Assembly (NCBI GenBank): GCA_051877215.1
Contig: JBJEIR010000037.1
Span: forward strand, 1-21,480
Reading direction: 5' to 3'
From: Acutalibacteraceae bacterium
GTDB taxonomy: Bacteria > Bacillota > Clostridia > Oscillospirales > Acutalibacteraceae
Length of the DNA stretch: 21,480 nt
Positions 16,974 through 21,480 of the stretch are shown one piece after another. A model generated the notes under the pieces. The model searched no databases, was not told the origin of the DNA, and saw nothing but the letters and a program-made list of their open reading frames with translations. The position numbers were made by a program, and so were the translations under genes. The stretch's first letter is position 1. Each line of letters opens with the position of its first letter.

Positions 16974-18335
16974 TTGACGACATCCAGACGCGATTTTTCC
17001 CGCTCCGCACTACAAGATTTATGCGCGGAGCTTCAAAATAATACCACGATTGACGCATCCCGCTATAAAACCGAGGTCAAGCGCGGGCTGCGCAACGCAG
17101 ACGGCAGCGGCGTGATGGCAGGGCTGACCAAAATCTGCAATGTACACGGCTATGTCATCAACGAAGGAGAAAAATCCCCCGTTCCCGGGCGGCTTGTGTA
17201 CCGCGGCATCGACATCTACGATTTGGTGGACGGCTGCCGAAAAGAAAAACGCTTCGGCTATGAAGAAACCGCATGGCTGCTGCTCTTCGGCAAGCTCCCG
17301 ACAAGGCAGCAGCTTGAGGGATTTCAGGAGCTGCTTTCCTCCTATCGCGATCTGCCCGAATATTTCGCGGAAGATACGATTCTCAAAGCGCCCTCACCGA
17401 ATATTATGAACAAGATGGCCCGTGCGGTGCTGACGCTTTATTCATACGATGACAATCCGGATGACACCTCCATGGAAAACACGCTGCAGCAGTCTATCCG
17501 GCTGATCGCCTCTTTGCCGACCATCATGACATACGCCTATCAGGTAAAGCGGCATTATTACGATAACGATTCCATGGTTTTTCATCCGTTTCGGGAAGGC
17601 CTCTCCACCTCCGAATCCATCCTGTACAGCCTGCACGACGATTCCTCCTTTACCGATGAGGAAGCGCATGTGCTCGACCTTTGCCTGATGCTGCACGCGG
17701 AGCACGGCGGCGGCAACAACTCCACCTTTGCCGCCCGTGTACTCAGCTCCTCCGGAACGGACATCTATTCTGCCATGGCCGCCGCCATCGGTTCGCTCAA
17801 GGGACCGCGTCACGGCGGCGCCAACGCCAAGGTGCGGCAGATGCAGGACGCCATTAAAGCAGGCGTTCACGACTGGGAAGACGAAGACGAAATTCGCGCG
17901 TTTCTCTGCCGCATTGCAAGAGGCGAGGAAGGCGACGGCTCCGGTCTCATTTACGGTATGGGTCATGCGGTCTACACCATGTCCGACCCGCGCGCCGTAC
18001 TGCTCAAGCAAACAGCCTATCCGCTCGCCGAAAAGCGGGGACTCGGCCCGGAATTCCGCCTTTTGGAAGCGGTGGAGCGTTTGGCGCCGTCAGTTTTGGC
18101 GGAGGTGCGCGGCATCGACAAGGTGCTGTGCGCAAATGTCGATATGTATTCGGGGCTTGTCTACCGTGCGCTGCGTATTCCCACCGATCTTTTCACCCCG
18201 CTGTTTGCCGTTGCGCGTATGGCCGGCTGGTGCGCTCACCGCATGGAGGAGCTTTACACCTGCCACCGCATCATTCGCCCGGCCTATAAATCGGTCATGC
18301 CCGATCAGGTGTACATCCCGCTCGACGAGCGTTGA
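16974..18335 (+). CDS. Citrate synthase (classical Si-type fold; citrate/2-methylcitrate synthase family)
   Basis: Catalytic-site motifs are present: LMLHAEHGGGNNSTFAARV (His), GMGHAVYTMSDPRA (His) and NVDMYSG (Asp). I prefer the TTG start at 16974, with GGAGG (16962-16966) 7 nt upstream. The ORF-track start at 16947 has no SD. Confidence 0.9.
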   Translation: MTTSRRDFSRSALQDLCAELQNNTTIDASRYKTEVKRGLRNADGSGVMAGLTKICNVHGYVINEGEKSPVPGRLVYRGIDIYDLVDGCRKEKRFGYEETAWLLLFGKLPTRQQLEGFQELLSSYRDLPEYFAEDTILKAPSPNIMNKMARAVLTLYSYDDNPDDTSMENTLQQSIRLIASLPTIMTYAYQVKRHYYDNDSMVFHPFREGLSTSESILYSLHDDSSFTDEEAHVLDLCLMLHAEHGGGNNSTFAARVLSSSGTDIYSAMAAAIGSLKGPRHGGANAKVRQMQDAIKAGVHDWEDEDEIRAFLCRIARGEEGDGSGLIYGMGHAVYTMSDPRAVLLKQTAYPLAEKRGLGPEFRLLEAVERLAPSVLAEVRGIDKVLCANVDMYSGLVYRALRIPTDLFTPLFAVARMAGWCAHRMEELYTCHRIIRPAYKSVMPDQVYIPLDER

Positions 18336-18362
18336 ATTTTCGGAAAGGTCGTGTAAGATACT

Positions 18363-19541
18363 ATGCGTCGAAAAATTGCTTTTGTGTTTACGCTCGCCGT
18401 AACGGTCTTATTGGCCGTCCTGCGACTGGACATTGTCCCGGGATGGAACGCTGTCCGACTGGGCCCGTTCAACGCCGATTATATTTTGATCGGCATTGTG
18501 GCTCTCTCATTTTTGGTTCTTGTCGCCCTGTGCCTGTCGCGCAAAGAGCCGCTGCGTCAGCCAACCGGCGCATGGGAATCGGTCGGCGGTTGGATTTGTA
18601 CCTTTTCAGGTGCCGTGCTTGCACTCTCTATCCTGCTCGACACCTTTAGCTGGCTCGTATACGGTCAGATACCGCCCCCCAACAACGCCATTCTGAACAC
18701 CACCGATTTGGTTACGCTGATTTGCACCTTGCTGTTCGGCTTGGCAGGCGGCATTTTCCTCACTTGGCAGGGGTTTTGCTGGATGTCCCGTGACAACCGC
18801 CGCCGCTCCCTGCGCAGCTGGCTGGCGCTGACACCGGTGCTGTGGCTTTGGTTCCGTCTGGCGCGTTACGAGGTCTCCTATGCCAGCACCATTGACATCG
18901 GAGAAAACTTTTTTGACTTTGCGCTGCTGATCTTTTCCGTGCTCTTTTTCCTGCAATTTGCACGGTATCTGTCATCCATCGGCAAGCCGCCGCGAAGCGG
19001 GCTGCTTCTGTGTGCGCTGTGTACGGTCATGATCTCGCTGTCCGATGCGCCGGTCACGATTTTCGGAATCGCTTCGGGGGAGCCGCTCGGAAAGCTTCTC
19101 CTCGCCATTGTGGACTCCGTTATCGGTCTGTTTGCTCTGTACATGGCCGCTTTGCAGGTGTTTGCCGCTCCTCCGAAAGAAGAAGCCGTGTCAGAGACAG
19201 GCAATGCCGCCGTGTCGGCCGACACCCCCGCAGAGGATTTTGATGCCGAAGAAGACGGACTTGCATGGACCGATCTGCCGAAAGAGTATCCGCCGCTGAA
19301 GCCTCCCTTTTCTATGCAGGAAATCATGCGTTCTCCCGAAGCGGAGGAGAGCCCGCTCAAGCCCGCCCCCGAAGCGCCGGACTTTGAGGTCCCTGAAACG
19401 GTTTCACCGCTCCCCTCCGATATGCCGGATGAGCCTTACCCCTTGAATACCGTTCAGCCTGCCGCAACAGAAGAAACGGAAGGCGACGCAAAGAATACAT
19501 TGACGGTAGACGATTTGCTCGAAGAAATCGACAACCTTTAA
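18363..19541 (+). CDS. Polytopic membrane protein of unknown function with an acidic, proline-rich C-terminal tail
   Basis: About 8 hydrophobic helices span residues 1-270, for example IAFVFTLAVTVLLAVL, YILIGIVALSFLVLVALCL, LVTLICTLLFGLAGGIFLTW and FALLIFSVLFFLQFARYL. A ~120-aa low-complexity tail rich in E, D, P and A follows. The gene starts 27 nt after citrate synthase on the same strand. Confidence 0.75.
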   Translation: MRRKIAFVFTLAVTVLLAVLRLDIVPGWNAVRLGPFNADYILIGIVALSFLVLVALCLSRKEPLRQPTGAWESVGGWICTFSGAVLALSILLDTFSWLVYGQIPPPNNAILNTTDLVTLICTLLFGLAGGIFLTWQGFCWMSRDNRRRSLRSWLALTPVLWLWFRLARYEVSYASTIDIGENFFDFALLIFSVLFFLQFARYLSSIGKPPRSGLLLCALCTVMISLSDAPVTIFGIASGEPLGKLLLAIVDSVIGLFALYMAALQVFAAPPKEEAVSETGNAAVSADTPAEDFDAEEDGLAWTDLPKEYPPLKPPFSMQEIMRSPEAEESPLKPAPEAPDFEVPETVSPLPSDMPDEPYPLNTVQPAATEETEGDAKNTLTVDDLLEEIDNL

Positions 19542-19551
19542 AGAAGATTAA

Positions 19552-19597
19552 AAAGCCAAAAAAACCCTGCGTGTTGCTTGCACGCAGGTTTTTTTCG
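19552..19597. terminator. Bidirectional terminator between the membrane protein gene and the NUDIX gene
   Basis: CCTGCGTG (19566-19573) pairs with CACGCAGG (19581-19588). AAAAAAA lies before it and TTTTTTT after it. Confidence 0.85.
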
Positions 19598-19607
19598 GTT
19601 TTCAGCA

Positions 19608-20048
19608 TCAGGGCGTCTTCTTTGCGCAGGTCTTTAAAATATCATGGCGCTGTAAAAACAGCTCCGCTTGTCTGAAAAGGCGCCGATCATTTTCATAGGT
19701 AATATAGCGCATCGCTTCGGAAAAGGGGACCCAGCGGAGCTCGCTGACCTCCGAAAGCTGCGGTGTTTCCACCCCGCTGACCACCGTTGCGATAAAATAG
19801 ACCACATCTTTTAAGACATGAGGTGCCGGAGAAAAGGTCACCATCTCACGATAACGCGTATCCAGTCTGACGGTAAGTCCTGTTTCCTCGCGCACCTCAC
19901 GCAAAGCGGTCTGCTCTTCTGTCTCTCCCGCTTCCACATGTCCCTTCGGGTAGGCCCAATGACCGCCGTTATGCTTGATCAGTAAAATTTCGTTTTCGGT
20001 TTTACCGCAGCGAAGCACAAGCGCCCCGCAGGATTTCTCCTTTTTCAC
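19608..20048 (-). CDS. NUDIX hydrolase (Ap4A-hydrolase-like size and architecture)
   Basis: The Nudix box is GHWAYPKGHVEAGETEEQTALREVREETGL (GX5EX7REUXEEXGU). I place the start at GTG 20048 (VKKEKSCGALVL), with AGGAGGGG 5-7 nt upstream, giving 147 aa. The 42 extra N-terminal codons in the ORF track overlap the promoter region. Confidence 0.85.
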   Translation of the reverse strand: MKKEKSCGALVLRCGKTENEILLIKHNGGHWAYPKGHVEAGETEEQTALREVREETGLTVRLDTRYREMVTFSPAPHVLKDVVYFIATVVSGVETPQLSEVSELRWVPFSEAMRYITYENDRRLFRQAELFLQRHDILKTCAKKTP

Positions 20049-20089
20049 GCAGGCCCCTCCTGTTATCCTGTTTTGAATGTTATAAGGAT

Positions 20090-20125
20090 AGTATACCACG
20101 ATTGCTGCGCCCCGAAAAGCACAAA
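20090..20125 (-). promoter_or_regulatory. Extended -10 promoter candidate for the NUDIX gene
   Basis: On the minus-sense strand, TGG-TATACT has TATACT at 20090-20095 and the TG at 20097-20098. The -35 region is poor. Confidence 0.35.
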
Positions 20126-20170
20126 AAGGACACTTTTTGGATTTTTTTCGTCTTTTTTCAGAGCAGGCTG

Positions 20171-20200
20171 TTGACAAACCCGCCGTTTACGGGATACAAT
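20171..20200 (+). promoter_or_regulatory. SigmaA promoter for the M-box/mgtE leader
   Basis: TTGACA (20171-20176), 18-nt spacer, TACAAT (20195-20200). Confidence 0.7.
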
Positions 20201-20215
20201 AATAAAGCACTGTAG

Positions 20216-20239
20216 TGTACTGCAAAATGTACTGCAAAA
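20216..20239 (+). repeat. Perfect 12-nt tandem duplication (TGTACTGCAAAA x2) in the leader 5' of the M-box
   Basis: Read directly: 20216-20227 and 20228-20239 are identical. A partial related CACTGTAG lies just upstream. Confidence 0.9.
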
Positions 20240-20262
20240 ATCAAATGAAAACCGAATATTTT

Positions 20263-20438
20263 CACATCCGGTAGGTAAGGCTACCACAGGGATACGGATT
20301 GCTGCCGCAAACTGGTGGAGACACCATAAGAGGGTTAACAGGCGATGTCGAACACAAGGCATATCCTAATGCAATTTCAAGGTGTGCGCAACGCGCATAT
20401 CATGCCCTGCGAAGCTAAAGCTCAAACGGCAGTGTGTG
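20263..20438 (+). promoter_or_regulatory. M-box (ykoK leader) Mg2+-sensing riboswitch
   Basis: Blocks match the B. subtilis mgtE M-box as I recall it, in the same order. GGTAGGTAAGGCTACC matches GUUAGGUGAGGCUCC. GGGATACGG.TTGCTGCCGCAAA matches GAGAUACGCUGCUGCCCAAAA. GGAGACACC matches AAAGACGC. GGGTTAACAGG matches GGGUCAACAG. ATGTCGAACACAAGG matches AUCGACAUAAGG. GAAGCTAAAGCTCAAACGG matches GUGCUAAAGCUCUACGA. The closing P1 helix pairs CACA.CCG (20263-20270) with CGG...TGTG (20427-20436). The element is upstream of mgtE, its canonical target. Confidence 0.8.
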
Positions 20439-20448
20439 GGTATGCTTT

Positions 20449-20484
20449 CCCCTGCCGCCTTTCCGGTCGGCAGGGGATTTTATA
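20449..20484 (+). terminator. Expression-platform terminator of the M-box
   Basis: CCCCTGCCG (20449-20457) pairs with CGGCAGGGG (20468-20476), a 9-bp GC stem, followed by ATTTTAT. Confidence 0.8.
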
Positions 20485-20496
20485 TGCCGCATCTCA

Positions 20497-20551
20497 AGGT
20501 GTCGCGCTCACGACACCTGTGCCGCGATCTCGACACCTGTGGCGCGCTCAC
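20497..20551 (+). repeat. Inverted and direct repeat cluster of unknown function
   Basis: AGGTGTCG (20497-20504), a 6-nt spacer, and CGACACCT (20511-20518) form a perfect 8-bp inverted repeat. CGACACCTGTG occurs twice (20511-20521 and 20531-20541, 20-nt period). GCGCTCAC occurs twice (20504-20511 and 20544-20551, 40-nt period). Confidence 0.6.
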
Positions 20552-20628
20552 CGCATAGAGGCCCATTCATACGATGCAGCGGTACATTTTATGGCAGTTT
20601 GATTGTTTTATAATTTATTGTAAAGAGA

Positions 20629-20775
20629 GGTGACAACTTCATGGACGCAACCGCAAGTGGCAGTACCAAGCCCCCCGGGCGACGGCAGATATCCTTCGGG
20701 GGTGTCCCGAAGCTGTGTCACCGTATTTGATACCGGGGGCTTTGTGCTGCACTTCCGAATATCATCAAGGGAGTG
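20629..20775 (+). promoter_or_regulatory. Unclassified structured leader immediately 5' of mgtE, with mutually exclusive pairings and an SD-sequestering hairpin
   Basis: A long interrupted helix is formed by GGTGACA (20629-35) with TGTCACC (20716-22), CTTC (20637-40) with GAAG (20709-12), and GGAC (20643-46) with GTCC (20704-07). It encloses CCCCCG (20672-77) paired with CGGGGG (20697-702). The same C-run can instead pair 7 bp with CCGGGGG (20733-39), which is followed by TTTGTG. CACTTCC (20750-56) pairs with GGGAGTG (20769-75), covering the SD AAGGGAG 8 nt before the ATG at 20782. All folds were done by eye. Confidence 0.35.
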
Positions 20776-20781
20776 AAGGCC

Positions 20782-21480
20782 ATGGCCAATCAAGAGGAAC
20801 GCATTGAACAGCTCGTTGATCGCGCAAACGAGTTGCTGGCAAACCGCCGTTATTCATTGCTGCGCGAGCTGCTTACAGAACTCAACCGCGCCGATACCGC
20901 GCAGGTGCTCGAAATGCTGCCGGAGGATAAGCTGCCGCTTGCCTTCCGTATTCTGCCGAAAGAAATCGCCGCGGAGGCATTTGCCTATTTTGAAAGCGAC
21001 ACGCAGGAGGCGCTGATTCGCGCTTTCAGTGACCGAGAGCTCAAGGAAGTCCTCGACGAGCTGTATATCGACGACACCGTGGATATGATTGAGGAAATGC
21101 CCGCGGGAGTGGTCAAGCGCATTTTAATGGTCGCGCCGCACGATATGCGGCGCAGTATCAACCAGATCCTGCAATACCCCGATGACAGCGCGGGAAGTCT
21201 GATGACCACCGAGTTTGTCGATCTGAAAAAAGACATGACCGTCGAAGAGGCGTTTATACGCATCCGCCGTACAGGCGTGGACAAGGAAACCATCTATACC
21301 TGTTATGTCACCGAGCCGGATCGCACGCTGATCGGTATGGTCACCGCCAAAACCCTGCTTCTCTCCGACAAGGACGCCGTGATCGAAGACATCATGGAGG
21401 ACAAAATCATCTCCGTGTCCACCCATGAGGATCAGGAAACAACCGCACAGCTCTTCAACCGATATGATTTTCTCGCCATT
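20782..21480 (+). CDS. mgtE: Magnesium transporter MgtE, N-terminal part (partial; continues beyond the window)
   Basis: It is not in the ORF track because no stop codon is reached. An open frame from ATG 20782 gives 233 codons to the window end. The translation begins MANQEERIEQLVDRANELLANRRYSLLRELLTELNRADTAQVLEMLPEDKLPLAFRILPKEIAAEAFAYFE...IDDTVDMIEEMPAGVVKRIL...GSLMTTEFVDLKKDMTVEEA. This is the MgtE N-domain followed by the first CBS domain. SD AAGGGAG lies upstream. Confidence 0.92.
   Translation, partial: MANQEERIEQLVDRANELLANRRYSLLRELLTELNRADTAQVLEMLPEDKLPLAFRILPKEIAAEAFAYFESDTQEALIRAFSDRELKEVLDELYIDDTVDMIEEMPAGVVKRILMVAPHDMRRSINQILQYPDDSAGSLMTTEFVDLKKDMTVEEAFIRIRRTGVDKETIYTCYVTEPDRTLIGMVTAKTLLLSDKDAVIEDIMEDKIISVSTHEDQETTAQLFNRYDFLAI

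Noticed and set aside
15823-17058. N-terminal extensions given by the ORF track for spoIID (69 aa), and likewise for NUDIX (42 aa), pcrA (34 aa), metG (14 aa) and citrate synthase (9 aa)
   Set aside because: The extensions lack SDs, have odd composition and overlap promoter or intergenic sequence. Internal starts with good SDs give N-termini typical of each family.
20629-20775. Possibility that the second structured element is a second (tandem) M-box or another known riboswitch
   Set aside because: It shares only an AGGTGA-like word with the M-box. It lacks the GCUAAAGCUC, UGCUGCC and GGGUnAACAG blocks. From memory I could not align it to the c-di-GMP-I/II, ydaO, ZTP, ykkC, glycine or fluoride consensus. 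It is left unclassified rather than named, and a cmscan is needed.
20345-20793. Track ORFs 20345..20602 (+, 85 aa) and 20608..20793 (-, 61 aa) in the mgtE upstream region
   Set aside because: The first begins inside the M-box and reads through its terminator. The second overlaps the mgtE SD and start on the opposite strand. Neither has an SD or recognisable motifs, so I treat the region as non-coding RNA or regulatory DNA.
1-21480. Scan for CRISPR arrays, IS or transposase genes, integrases, prophage genes, toxin-antitoxin pairs or defence islands
   Set aside because: None found. All large ORFs are accounted for by housekeeping, sporulation or unknown single genes. The only repeats seen are the short ones listed.

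Overview
The window looks like a chromosomal, mostly housekeeping segment of a spore-forming Clostridia genome. It is GC-rich for a Firmicute by eye (not computed). The dockerin and spoIID content suggests Oscillospiraceae/Ruminococcaceae, but that is inference only.

Gene order, left to right:
- unknown secreted lipoprotein (-)
- YbaK-type deacylase (-)
- secreted dockerin-SGNH esterase (+)
- metG (+)
- tatD (+)
- pcrA (-)
- Na+-decarboxylase membrane subunits, beta and OadG-like (-)
- ApgM-family phosphoglycerate mutase or proposed homoserine kinase (+)
- metA (-)
- tRNA-Thr(UGU) (-)
- a 274-aa protein with 28 cysteines (-)
- spoIID (-)
- citrate synthase (+)
- polytopic membrane protein with an acidic, proline-rich tail (+)
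- NUDIX hydrolase (-)
- an M-box (Mg2+) riboswitch with its terminator, then the 5' part of mgtE (+), which runs off the window and is absent from the ORF track

No CRISPR array, transposase, integrase or obvious defence or toxin module is visible, and I do not see a clear multi-gene novel system.

The items most worth follow-up are:
1. The uncharacterised cysteine-rich protein just downstream of spoIID, with a sigmaK-like promoter. It is a candidate spore coat or exosporium protein.
2. About 295 nt of repeat-rich, highly structured sequence between the M-box terminator and the mgtE start codon. I cannot assign it to any riboswitch class.
3. A tRNA-Thr gene that appears to supply the only recognisable promoter for metA, next to an ApgM-like possible homoserine kinase.
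4. An OadG/OadB pair with no catalytic subunits in the window.

All motif and fold statements come from reading the sequence by hand. No searches or folding programs were run.
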